A DNA stretch of 61,530 bases, filler included, from Rhabdomonas costata (Eukaryota): the NCBI GenBank assembly GCA_019059605.1. It is 9 parts of 9 records of this genome, joined end to end, with 100 filler letters (N's around TTAATTAATTAA, not from the genome) between each part and the next. Parts side by side here need not be neighbours in the genome. Positions count along the whole stretch, not along the records: positions 22,906 to 29,412 come from JAHMHO010000012.1; positions 29,513 to 35,815 come from JAHMHO010000013.1; 7 more parts are not named here. One strand, written 5' to 3'. Positions 22,906 to 35,103 of this stretch are shown here, piece by piece. The position numbers and the translations under genes are program-made. The number at the start of each line of letters is the position of its first letter. The first letter of the stretch is position 1. Below the pieces are notes generated by a model. That model had not been told where the DNA came from. It ran no database searches and worked only from the letters and a program-made list of their open reading frames with translations.

Positions 22906-25035
22906 TGTGTTTTTTTGCAGTGTCTGGGTGCGACCCCCTCCCCGTGGAGGCCGTATAGCACAGAGATCCCGGGCTGCTGGTGCCCACGTCGGCGAAGGTT
23001 AACGGGCAGGAAGGTGCCGTCGTCACGGGAAGGGGGTCGCACCCAGACACTGCAAAAAAAGATAAACCGCGACAGCCATTTGAAAAGGATAGGAGTTCTG
23101 CTGGTTGACCAAATATAAATGCCTGCGGGCATTTGGAGACTTTCTGGACAGTATTAACGTACGGTACTCAGTTGTATCTTGCATCACAAAATCTGCGCTG
23201 CTGCAGCTGCAGCGGGTACTCTCCTTCCCACAGTACATCTAACTGTTCCCAAAATGAGCGGTGGAACCAAAGCGAAATTGGACTTTAAGGAAGATGCGGA
23301 TTTGGAATGGAAATCACGAAATTCTTTGATGTCAAAGGAGGTATGCGCGGAAGGGGGGGGGTGATGAGTGAGTGAGATGGGGTGATGAGCACACCCGGTG
23401 TGAGCAGCCAGGGAACAGCCACAAGGCACAAAAGCACAGCGGGTGAGACAATTCTTTCCATCGTTATGCTTTTTCTTGCGGACAAATAAATCTGCAAAAA
23501 AAAATCGGCAACGATATATCGTGTCTTGAAACGTCATAGACCTCCAAAAAAGTGAGGCGTTCTAGAAGGGCACAAAAACACTCACTTATACACCACACAA
23601 GCCGAAAATGCAAAGACACACGATGTGCGGAATATGACATCTGGAAGTACGTTGGCAGACTAAGGCAGACACAAGGCCCGAACGTGCTAAGCAGAAGAAA
23701 GACAAATTTTTGGAAACGCATAAAAGAAGAGGACCGAGGTATATCGCAAAATGGGCAACCAACGTGCATCCCCGGGTTCCGGGGCATCACCTTTTAACCA
23801 TATAGTAATACATTCTCACCAGACTCAGCTGAGAATACCACCCTGTAGCCGAAATAATGATTGGATTGAAGGGCAAAAATCTTGCTTTCCGATCCAGCAT
23901 CAAAAAGAAGCCGTTCTACCCCACACGTTTTTGCACCGTAACAGCCGCAAATGCGCAGTTTGGTGGCTACCACCGCTGCGCACACAGTTAATCGGTGCCA
24001 AAATCTATTCTGTTGCATCTGGAGATCTAACTCAACGCTTTTTGCACAATTGTACAGGAAGATGAGTAAGATGGTATTGTGGACATCTTGACGGGGTTTT
24101 GGGACATAATTGCATGAGTACGATACTCTGATGCGACAAATGGATAGATCCCCGGAGCGGACGTTTGAGCCGGCATCTGACTTGGCAACAAGTCAAGCCA
24201 GCAAGCGTGTAACTTATTGAGGCAAGAGGTCTACCTATACTGTGACATCTACTGTTCAGATTAAGAAGGGCCAGATAACCCATGAGAATTTACTGTTGCC
24301 AAACGATAGCACCCCCCCCCTCCATCGCTACATCAAAATCAGATAGTCACACGCTTTCACATTCCCAACCCTTCCCAGATAACGGCCTATGCAGAGCGGC
24401 AGGAAGAAAAGAAAGCGTGCACAACAGGCGCGGACCTAGGCACAGCATAACCGTCCCGCACCAAAAAAAAAGCAATGGCGCAGAGAGAGGGAGAAAGAAG
24501 CACTGGAAAAGGCAAACGTATGAAACTTCGAATTAGCTGGCTTTCTCAAGTGTCAAGCGGAGAGGGAGACAGAGGCAGACAAGCCAGGGAGAAAATGTGA
24601 GAAGCAGAGACAAACAAATCGAGTACATACGAGCGGAAGCGAGTCTGGGTTACATGGGATCCCAAACCAGAGAAGGAGTCTCGCATTACATGAAAGAGGA
24701 GAGCGCCTGGGGAGGGGAGGGGAGGGGAGGGAAAAGAGCTGAAGCCCGTCACCGAGAGCAGAGCATCGAAAAACTATTCAGAAGATACCGCAACAAATGA
24801 GCTGAGCTGTGCCACGACTAGAAACTGAAGAAGCATGAGAAAAGCGCAAGCTTGTCAATACCAAATGCAAAGATAACGGCACAGAAACGCATGAGCAGAG
24901 GGCAGGATCATATATGCTGTGCATAGCGCAGAAAAAGGTGAAAGACAACCACTCGAGCACAGCAGAAACACAAAACTGAGCTAAAAACCGCCTTTACCCC
25001 GTCGCAGGCATCAGCGCACTAAATCAAGAAGGACC

Positions 25036-26154
25036 CTACGAAAAAGTCCGAGATGGAGCCACTCTCAGCACCTCAGCCAAGGCCGCGATGCGGATGGGCT
25101 TCAACAAAAACTGGTCCGCTCCCGCGGAGATCATCTCTACCCTGGACGTGGCGCTGCCCGACATCCCGATGATCAACGAGCAGACCCCAAATCCACGAAC
25201 GCAGCGGATCAGCTCCACCCCAGTGACCTCCGGCATGATGTTGTCCACCACCAAAAGGTCAAACGAGCTGCGCCGGCCGACGGCTTGTCCCGAGGTAAGC
25301 CTTTCCACGGCCTGGGACGACGATGTCTCCACCCCCACAGAGCAGTGTAACGCGGAAAGCAGAGCGGCGACGATCCGGGCGGAAACCGCGTCATCGTCCA
25401 CCACAAGCGCTGCACACACCACGGTGTTCTGGGGAGGCAGCGGAACCTCGGCCTCCCGAAGAATAGCCCGCATCTGCTCACTCTGCCCGCAGTACTGCGA
25501 GACGCACTCCGGGCACATCACGTGCGTGACGGGGCAGCGCGCTTGAAGCTCCTCCATGTGGGCCTGGAAGAACTCCCCCGGAGTCAGCCAGGCGTCCTGG
25601 TCCTTAAAGCACAGGCACTGGCTACACTGCGTCCACGGAGAGAGGGAGCGGTCCTCGGTGACCTCCACCCGGGACATGAACGAGGCGTCCTGGAAGGTTG
25701 CACTCAGGGCGCAGGAGTAATACCGCGCCCCGGTGCCGATGGGGAGGAGCCGCTCCACAATGATGACCATCTCTACCCGGGAGCATGGGGTGTCGCAGAA
25801 CCACCGGAAGCTGATCAACTGCGGAACAACTCCAGCACAGACATTACGGTGAAGGGCTTTGTAGAACGGGTGAAGGGTCGGGGTCATAACCTCCCACAGC
25901 GAGGAGTTCGGACGGTGGTCCGCCGCCTGCCCGTTCGCGTTCAGGGATAGTATAATACCTTCAGTGTCCACCTCGTAGACCACCGTTGGTGGGTAGAATT
26001 GATTGCAGGTGGGTGAGAAAGCCACAGTAGTGTCGAGGGGATGGGAACCGGCATCCCCAGAAAATCGCAGGGAGAGGCGGGAGGGTGCGGTTCGGTTTTT
26101 GAACACGCGGAAGCAATCCAGGCGGGAGGAACATGGGCAGCAACACAACCCCAT
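25036..26154 (-). CDS. Intronless PAS-like + CxxC...HxxCxxC zinc-ribbon + response-regulator receiver protein, copy 1 (372 aa from MGLCCC)
   Basis: The receiver has LVVDDD, FDLLVVDNIMP (phospho-Asp), IIGMSG and FLLKP. The middle region has CSQC...THVMCPEC. The first ATG after the pyrimidine-rich leader is taken as the start instead of the longer TTG-initiated ORF call. Confidence 0.85.
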   Translation of the reverse strand: MGLCCCPCSSRLDCFRVFKNRTAPSRLSLRFSGDAGSHPLDTTVAFSPTCNQFYPPTVVYEVDTEGIILSLNANGQAADHRPNSSLWEVMTPTLHPFYKALHRNVCAGVVPQLISFRWFCDTPCSRVEMVIIVERLLPIGTGARYYSCALSATFQDASFMSRVEVTEDRSLSPWTQCSQCLCFKDQDAWLTPGEFFQAHMEELQARCPVTHVMCPECVSQYCGQSEQMRAILREAEVPLPPQNTVVCAALVVDDDAVSARIVAALLSALHCSVGVETSSSQAVERLTSGQAVGRRSSFDLLVVDNIMPEVTGVELIRCVRGFGVCSLIIGMSGSATSRVEMISAGADQFLLKPIRIAALAEVLRVAPSRTFS

Positions 26155-29100
26155 CCGGGGAAGAAAAAAAACAGGAACACAGAAAGTGAATGCGTTCTGA
26201 AGAGAACAAGGAGTTCTTAGTCGCAACTGACCTAAATATCCAATTTCCCATGGCTGGACAACAAAAGCAGAGCAGTCCAACATGCTCCAAATGGATGAGG
26301 ACACGGTGTTTGGTGGTTTTCTCAGGGGCGCTGGCAACATCGCCCCTTAGCATTAGACTCACAGCTTTGTTGTTTCCTTTACCGTCAGATACAAGTTCAC
26401 GCCCGCGGCTCTCCAGGCGCTCCAGGACCACGCCAGAGTACACCGCATTCAGAGACCGAGCATTCGTGCGCTTTGACTGATTAGGATCAGTGCATCATAA
26501 CAGTGCGGGAAGCTGCAGAGAACTCAGCGGATACACAGGAAACAAAGTTACACAACAACCGATATATAAAAACCAAAGGGACGAAAGCTCCGATATGTTT
26601 TTAAGTTACAACTGTACTGAGAATCACGAAATCCGTCCGTTTCCTGAATGACGATGCAAAGTAGGACCACATCCCACACAACATTAATGCACTACCCATT
26701 AGAACTCACAAAATAAAACTAAAAAAATGTCGCACACCATCGGCGTAGAAACACAAAATAAAACATACCTTTTTTAAGGGGTATGGACGAAAATGGCAGG
26801 TGACATCGCGGCATCTTGACCGGTTTTCTGACATAATCCCAAGAGAGAAAATTCTAATTTGAGTTGCGGAGAAACGTCCGTGGCGGGCCCGGAGCGGGCC
26901 GCTACGCCGGCGAGCCGGTATCTGGCGTCCTTTTGGGGGGCGACAGCAAGCATGTTCTGGAGGATAGAAGTTGGACCGTAGAAGCATTCCTAGATGCAGT
27001 TCATTGCATTAGATCATGCCTAGTGTTGGATGAAGCTCAAGACTGGCTACGTGAAGTGTGAATGTTTAACATTTGATGGTGTTAAACGTCTGACTGATTT
27101 CCAATGCCAATATGCGCTTTTGCCTCCATATCCTTTCCAAGAAGACAGCATGCAGAAGCGTAGCGGAGGACGGTCAAGCCAGCGCACACAGCAGACACGC
27201 GAACACAACAGCTTCAGAAGGTGCTCACCAGAACCTGGGCACAAGCTCATGCGTCCATCCAAAGAGCGTACCAAACAAAAACGGAAAGGATAACAAACTG
27301 GAAAAAGCATCAAACATGGAAGCATTGTGCTCTGCCAAGCAGTGAGAGAGGCGTCAAGGTGCACAGAAAGAGGCCGATTGCAGCAATCGCAGGAGTCTCA
27401 CATCAAATGAGAGAACACAAGCACCTGGAGAAGACAGGAAGACAGAAAAAATGAGTTGCAGCCCGCCAGCAGCATCAAAACGAGCAGAAAACACGGAAAC
27501 CAAATCACTGTGCTGTGCCACGACCACCTTCACGTGAAGAACAATAATAAAGCGCACACAAGCTTGTCAATACCAAACACTGGCAGAAGACCACCAAGCA
27601 CCGGAATGCAAGGTGCAGACGGCAGGATATCCTCTGCTGTGCAAAGAGCCGAGAACTGAAGAAAAGAGGCAAGCACAGGAAAAGAAAAGAAAATTACGCT
27701 GCCGGAAGCAGAGCGGCTGCACTAACCTCGACGCGATCCTGAAAATATCGGGGTGATGCCACTCTCAGCACCTCAGCCAAGGCCGCGATGCGAATGGGCT
27801 TCCACAAGAAATGGTCCGCTCCCGCGGAGATCATCTCTACCCTGGACGTGGCGCTGCCCGACATCCCGATGATCAACGAGCAGACCCCAAATCCACGAAC
27901 GCAGCGGATCAGCTCCACCCCAGTGACCTCCGGCATGATGTTGTCCACCACCAAAAGGTCAAACGAGCTGCGCCGGCCGACGGCTTGTCCCGAGGTAAGC
28001 CTTTCCACGGCCTGGGACGACGATGTCTCCACCTCCACGGAGCAGTGTAACGCGGAAAGCAGAGCGGCGACGATCCGGGCGGAAACCGCGTCATCGTCCA
28101 CCACAAGCGCTGCACACACCACGGTGTTCTGGGGAGGCAGCGGAACCTCGGCCTCCCGAAGAATAGCCCGCATCTGCTCACTCTGCCCGCAGTACTGCGA
28201 GACGCACTCCGGGCACATCACGTGCGTGACGGGGCAGCGCGCTTGAAGCTCCTCCATGTGGGCCTGGAAGAACTCCCCCGGAGTCAGCCAGGCGTCCTGG
28301 TCCTTAAAGCACAGGCACTGGCTACACTGCGTCCACGGAGAGAGGGAGCGGTCCTCGGTGACCTCCACCCGGGACATGAACGAGGCGTCCTGGAAGGTTG
28401 CACTCAGGGCGCAGGAGTAATACCGCGCCCCGGTGCCGATGGGGAGGAGCCGCTCCACAATGATGACCATCTCTACCCGGGAGCATGGGGTGTCGCAGAA
28501 CCACCGGAAGCTGATCAACTGCGGAACAACTCCAGCACAGACATTACGGTGAAGGGCTTTGTAGAACGGGTGAAGGGTCGGGGTCATAACCTCCCACAGC
28601 GAGGAGTTCGGACGGTGGTCCGCCGCCTGCCCGTTCGCGTTCAGGGATAGTATAATACCTTCAGTGTCCACCTCGTAGACCACCGTTGGTGGGTAGAATT
28701 GATTGCAGGTGGGTGAGAAAGCCACAGTAGTGTCGAGGGGATGGGAACCGGCATCCCCAGAAAATCGCAGGGAGAGGCGGGAGGGTGCGGTTCGGTTTTT
28801 GAACACGCGGAAGCAATCCAGGCGGGAGGAACATGGGCAGCAACACAACCCCATCCGGGGAAGAAAAAAAACAGGAACACAGAAAGTGAATGCGTTCTGA
28901 AGAGAACAAGGAGTTCTTAGTCGCAACTGACCTAAATATCCAATTTCCCATGGCTGGACAACAAAAGCAGAGCAGTCCAACATGCTCCAAATGGATGAGG
29001 ACACGGTGTTTGGTGGTTTTCTCAGGGGCGCTGGCAACATCGCCCCTTAGCATTAGACTCACAGCTTTGTTGTTTCCTTTACCGTCAGATACAAGTTCAC

Positions 29101-29405
29101 GCCCGCGGCTCTCCAGGCGCTCCAGGACCACGCCAGAGTACACCGCATTCAGAGACCGAGCATTCGTGCGCTTTGACTGATCAGGATCAGTGCATCATAA
29201 CAGTGCGGGAAGCTGCAGAGAACTCAGCGGATACACAGGAAACAAAGTTACACAACAACCGATATATAAAAACCAAAGGGACGAAAGCTCCGATATGTTT
29301 TTAAGTTACAACTGTACTGAGAATCACGAAATCCGTCCGTTTCCTGAATGACGATGCAAAGTAGGACCACATCCCACACAACATTAATGCACTACCCATT
29401 AGAAC
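25058..29405. repeat. Tandem duplication with 2700-bp period (25058-26705 vs 27758-29405)
   Basis: About 1.65 kb is identical apart from ~7 substitutions seen by eye. The downstream flanks (~24600-25030 vs ~27400-27690) are homologous but much more diverged. Confidence 0.95.
27694..28854 (-). CDS. Intronless PAS-like/zinc-ribbon/receiver protein, copy 2 (386 aa, different C-terminal tail)
   Basis: Near-identical to copy 1. It differs at SVEVE/SVGVE, DHFLWKP/DQFLLKP and the tail SPRYFQDRVEVSAAALLPAA. Confidence 0.85.
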   Translation of the reverse strand: MGLCCCPCSSRLDCFRVFKNRTAPSRLSLRFSGDAGSHPLDTTVAFSPTCNQFYPPTVVYEVDTEGIILSLNANGQAADHRPNSSLWEVMTPTLHPFYKALHRNVCAGVVPQLISFRWFCDTPCSRVEMVIIVERLLPIGTGARYYSCALSATFQDASFMSRVEVTEDRSLSPWTQCSQCLCFKDQDAWLTPGEFFQAHMEELQARCPVTHVMCPECVSQYCGQSEQMRAILREAEVPLPPQNTVVCAALVVDDDAVSARIVAALLSALHCSVEVETSSSQAVERLTSGQAVGRRSSFDLLVVDNIMPEVTGVELIRCVRGFGVCSLIIGMSGSATSRVEMISAGADHFLWKPIRIAALAEVLRVASPRYFQDRVEVSAAALLPAA

Positions 29406-29412
29406 ACACAAA

Positions 29413-29512
29413 NNNNNNNNNNNNNNNNNNNNNNNNNNNNNNNNNNNNNNNNNNNNTTAATTAATTAANNNNNNNNNNNNNNNNNNNNNNNNNNNNNNNN
29501 NNNNNNNNNNNN
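29413..29512. other. Artificial contig spacer
   Basis: N44-TTAATTAATTAA-N44. Confidence 0.99.
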
Positions 29513-30169
29513 GGTGGGGTGGGGGTGCTCCCCCTGGGTGAGGTCTCCAGGGCGGTCCAGGTCTGGCACCGCGCGAAGTCCCCGCTAGGGGGCCGAATGG
29601 CGGACCGAGGCTTCACTGGTCGAAGCAACGGAGAGAAGGTCGGAGGTGGAAAGAAATGAAAGGCACATTCATACATGCTCATGCTCATCCTATTTGGGAC
29701 ACCTCACTTTGGGCGAACTTATGGCACTCTTATTTGCAGTGACGTTTTGAGAAAATAAGACACTTTCCGGATCGAAGGCAGGAAATCTCCTGCTCCTGTG
29801 CTGTACTTTCTCTTCAGAGTTTTGGTCACAGAGAGGATGGCCAGAAACAAGAAAAAAAGAAGGAGACCCGTTCCCGATAAATCCGTTGGTTCGCACGCTA
29901 CGGCTTCTCTTGTTGGGTATGGGATGGGTATGCCCCGGGCTGGCTTGCCAGCCCGGAGCATACCCATCGTTGCAAGCCCGGAGGCCAGGTGGATTCCAAA
30001 AGGCCGATCTGACGAGGCCAAAAAACGCACCCATCAGTCAAAATTTCGAATCCGCTGGGGAGATGAGGACTAAACAGTAAAAGGTCAGACTTTCACAGTT
30101 GCAGATCTGAATGAGTGGCTCATTATAAGGGAGTGTATGGGGGAGTGGTGGAAAGTGGGTGCACACTTG

Positions 30170-33100
30170 GAGAAGTGGAGCTCAGCTGAGGAATTGAGAC
30201 GGTCCTGGAGAGACCGTTGCCAGACGTAGGCCGGGGACGGCTCATCAGTCTGACCAACTCCTAAAAGTGCAGCACGCACAGAACCAAGCTGCCACACCTG
30301 ACCTGCTCTCTGATGGCGGGGGTGCTGAAGAGGTCTTAGTAACGCCCCTCCCCCCGCACACACGGTCCACCACGCTGGTCTTGTGCAGGCGCGTTGGTGA
30401 CTCTAATCCCACTCCCACCAGGACTTACCCTGTGAAGCGACGGGCAGCAGAAACTTCAGGTGACTGAACGGAATCTCGTTCATTGGCGAAACTTGAGATG
30501 GCGGCTGAAAAAACGCACCCCTCTTGCACAGGCACCCATTCACACACCGCTCTAGAGACAGACTTCACAGAGAAGTCAAACGCCGGTCTCTGCGGCAGGA
30601 GCTGCCTGAGGTCATCCTGCAGCAAAGCCAGCTTGGGCTCCAAGGTGCCCAGACAGAGGGCAGAAGTGTCCCCGGCGTGCAGGAGGGCTCCGCGGCCAGT
30701 GCGGGCCCGGCGGAGCAGCTCGCGCAGGCGAGCCTGTTCGTGCTGCACCGCGATGACCCGGGCGAACCAGTACTTGAACTCACGGCGGTACTCTTCTCTG
30801 AACGAGAAACGAAAGGGAACAGCTCTCGGCTTCGCAAGCCACTCCTGTAATCTCGTTCAGGGCTCCAGCCGAAACCCAAACCGATCGGTAATCATCCCCT
30901 CGTGCACCATTCCACCACTCCGCCGAAATCCCACCTCATCCACCTCTTGGACGTTAACCTACAGGGATAGCTTACAACCCCAGGAGAGTGCGCGAACATA
31001 TCGCTTCTAAGTGGTCTTGCCAAGGGAGAGTGTTCTGGCTTTTATGGAAGGGAAAGGGAAGTCGCACACAAAAAAAGTACCGAGAGTTTACCGAAAATAT
31101 TACGCCAGCCTTCTGTTCCCACAGGCAACGGTAACGTCACCCACCACCACCATCCAACTTCCATTGGCCCGGTCGAAAACTCATGGAGTAGCAAAGATCT
31201 GTCCAAGCCTAGGAAGCATGACGAAAAGGTTGATCGCATCCAGGCACATGGGATTGCACGATTGTGGGAAGGGAAGCGCAAATGTACAAAATGTACAGAG
31301 TGAGATCAGGGAAAAAGAACGCGGGCCGGGGATGGACAGGAAGGGGTGGGATAGCTTTTCGAGAGGGAACCTTCGCTCCCAGTATAAGGCCGTCACAGCG
31401 GATACCATGGCTTCCTCCGTATTGTGCAGCTTCGTGTACGTCCGCAGCCGCGTCCGAACAGCGAGAGGTCCAAGCCTGCCAAACCGAACACCTCTTAGAC
31501 CGGCTTATCAATTCCCGTTTACGTCACTTGATAGCTTAACTTAAAAGCGAGCCCCCCACTGCCAGACTGTGGCTAAACATTGTTTTAGTTTTCTTGCATA
31601 CTCCTCTCTGCTGTCAGAACAAAGAGAGACTCCCGGCAAGTACGGGAGGTTCCCAGTGTGGCCTCGGTCGGAGCATCGCCTCTTTCTCTTCTGGCTACCG
31701 GCTCAGACTGGTGAACAAAAACAAAGGCCCGGAGGGGGGTCACCATCTCAATGGTGGACCCTCATGGTTTCCTGATTCGTCAATAAAACGTTAACTCGAC
31801 TTCCTTCCAGGTACGGGTACCACGCAAAACCACAGACTCTTCATCGTACCTGAAAAGAAAACGGATACTTTTTGTGTGCATCCCCGACGACGCAGCAAGT
31901 GCGCAAGAACAAAACACCAAATTGCCACCTGGGGGGAACGGGACACATCTCAGGAAAAACACCCAAAAGCAACCGATGAGCCCGTGCACTGGAGCACACA
32001 GAGAAAGGAGGCAACGGCGAGCACCCCCACAAACCGGCAGTTTCTGTACAGCTCTGTCTGCAGGGCCTTCTTGTAGCCGGCGTCGGTGGTCGCCCAATGC
32101 TCGACGATCTGAGTGGGACACCACATCCCGGGACAATTGTATTTGGCGGGGGGGGGGGGTTAAGCAGTACCAAAAGTTTGGGTCATAACGCAAGGGCTAT
32201 GAACGGTCCCCAGGAGATGACAATACAACCAGGGATTCAGTTATTTCAGGTGTGAAGGCAAGTGCCAGCGCATAATAGGGAACACGGATCCCACGTCAAG
32301 ACCGGATCTGCAGCGATAGCATGACACGACCTATGCAAAAAATGAGGGTTTCAGCACAGCAAAGCACCAAAACAACACAAAAAATGAAAGCGTGAAAGCA
32401 TCCGATTAGGCTCACAGTGCAGAGCATAGTTTTGATTTGACACAAGACAAAAAAATTTATATGATTACGGAAATTTTAATTCCTCAACACCTGGGTAATT
32501 CCGAAAGGGACTTTTTGGTTGAGCATTTTTACCGCTCACTTTTGAGGTGGCATAGGCAAAAAATGCTCACTCCACATCGAGAAAGCCAAGTCATGAATAC
32601 GCACTCTCGCGCGCCTTGATCAGAAAACGCTCTCTGGCTCGAGTGGGAGCTGTGTATTCCACACAATGCTCACATACTTAAAAAAAATTGCGCTTGGTCG
32701 AAGTGAGACAGAAATCACGTAGGCCTGATGCCCTACGAGTGGTGTGCAAATCGGGAACAAATGGGAAGCGCAAACTTCTTAAAAATGAAGGGAGCGAACC
32801 AAGCATCGGTTGAATTTGTGGAGTATCCTATCAACCACCTCCTAAGCACAGCCAGAGACACGGAGGAAGAGACCTGCTGGATCGTCTCTTCGCGCCTCCT
32901 GAGGATATGGCGCACCCAGGCTTGGATCCGGCGGGTTTTCGCCACCAGCCCGTTCACTCGTAGAAGGAGCAAAGGCAGCGACTGCGTCACCTAAGGCCGG
33001 CAAAACCCGGTTGTCGAACAAGTCGAGATTTGCAGCAGGGACCGATTCACCGAGCAGGGAGACACGCGAAGAAGGGACCACACACACAAAAGCGCCGTTG

Positions 33101-35103
33101 TATATGGAAGGGCCCCGAGGACAAAAGAGGGCCCACTTTTCGCCGCTCCCCATCCATTTTCCATGTGCTGCGCATCTCAGTTTAATGTACACCGCCAGAT
33201 CAAACGGTAAAAGTTTTGAAAAAAAAACGGGGGAAAAGCACTCAACCAGCCCACTCCTTTGGGAGCTCCTTTGCGCCATATTCCCTCAGCGGCGCGGTGT
33301 GTGCTACCTGCCGCAGGCAGGACAGGATCATTGCTGTGAGCCGCGCTGGGCAGAAGTCGGTGTCATCCGGAATAGCCCGGAGATGATACAGCCCCACAAA
33401 ATTGGCCAAGAAGCGCTCGAGCGCCTCAGAGCGTTTCTTCGGCGGGGGCTGCACCAGAACCAGCGCACTGAATTCCCCGTCAGCGTACCGCAGAGCCATA
33501 CCTCAAACAACAGCACTGCCCCTGGTGTCTTATCACGGGCTCACTTCACACTCCAAGAGGAATAAGGTTGCAAAGAGGGAAAAATGAGCAAGGGAAGGAA
33601 AACTGAACAACAACCACAAGAAAAAAGGCGCGCTGAGATGACAGAGGTGATTGAAGGTGGTTACCTACGCCTAATGTGGTTACCTGCGTACGCGTTCCCG
33701 AGGTGAGTTCATTTTGCCCCACAGCCCTTCGGAGACGTGCTGCAACCGAGCTCCCCAGTAACTTAGTCATGGGGCGTGGAACTTTGAGGCATCCAAAGCA
33801 AAGATGTGCAAAAACATATAAGAAGGGGTTGAAATCGGGTCGACAGCGCAGTCGTTGAAAAAATCATCGTCTTTTTGCACGGGTGGGCGGGTTTATGGGC
33901 CCCGCATGGTGACTCCGCGTTGATGTCAGGCAACGTCAGGCAACGCGCAGCGGGGAAAAAGCGTTTTAAAACCCACCTTTGCAGTTTATCGCGTCGTGTG
34001 ATCCTAGTGCACTGCAAAAAAAAGCAGCATAAAGTGTTAGCAAAAGCCGGTCCCAAATGAAATGCGCGTTTGGGTCCCTCTCGCGGGCGCAGACAGTACA
34101 AGCAAGAGCATTTCATCCACCTCCAGCCACAACTGGTTGATGGGGCAGTACCTAAATTGACCATCCCGCTCCCGTTATGCTCCCGTTGACAAGGAACACC
34201 AAAATGCCAAGCCCGTGGTGGTAGTGGGATGGCTATGTGGCTACTTTTCCCCTTTCCTGTGAAGCATGCATTTCTACCATTTTCTACCATGACTAAGAAC
34301 ACCCAAAGTCAGCACAAGAGACACAACAGGTTGCTAGCATGTCAAAAAGGCAAAGCACAGCAAGGCATCAACAATCACCTGCCTCCACCCCGAAGACGGG
34401 AGAAGAGCAACCAGCATCATCATAAAATTGATGAAGAACACGTGAGCAGCCGAATCAGTGGAAATCTAGTGGTGGGGCCAGGCCCCAGGCCAGCAGAGCA
34501 GAGGGAAAGATGCAGACTAGCGCACCTCCGTCCCAAAACAGACCCCAAACCCACACGGAACACACGATTTCAACACGCCAGTGCACTCCTTCGCGGCGGA
34601 AGGGGCAAAAGAAGGCAGCAGTATCACAGAAGGGAAAACGAAAACTGGAAAGGGCAGTGCGCGCAGGAAAGAAAACCGGGACTCGACTCCGCATTGAAAA
34701 GGAGTCCAGTGACCACAAACAGGCACAGCAAAAGGTGCTCACTGGCACCACCACACCCGGCAGGCAGGCAGGAAGAAAGACAGATGACGGAGGATGAAAA
34801 ACCGAAACACAGGAATCTGAACAATCCACGTCAAAAGTACAGGATGCACTCCTTCCCGCCGGGAAGAGGTAGGGAGGGAAGGAGGGCAGGCAAAAGGACA
34901 TCGCTCTCAGGCAAACAACCAATTTTACCCAGTTCCCCGCACTTGCAGCTGTGCATGCGGCAGCTAGAAAAGAAGTACAGAGGATCAGCACTCAGACTTT
35001 CGACGAGAGAAAGAGAGGGAGAAGAGGGACGCAGTGGGTGGAGGTCTGCTGAGGAGGTTTGGTTTAGGCTTTCGCCTTGGTCTTCCCCTTGCGCCTCGGC
35101 CAT
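30170..35103 (-). CDS. Multi-exon gene for a helical/coiled-coil protein with an IQ-like motif (limits approximate)
   Basis: In-frame GT-AG joins: ...TRRIQAWVRHILRRREETIQQ|IVEHWATTDAGYKKALQTEL|YDEESVV. Further segments are LERFLANFVGLYHL, LRTYTKLHNTEEAMVSAVTALYWER and EYRREFKYWFARVIAVQHEQARLRELL. Confidence 0.5.

Noticed and set aside
26155-26340. 62-aa N-terminal extension of the receiver proteins in the ORF track
   Set aside because: It starts at a non-ATG codon and runs through pyrimidine-rich leader sequence; MGLCCC is the more plausible start
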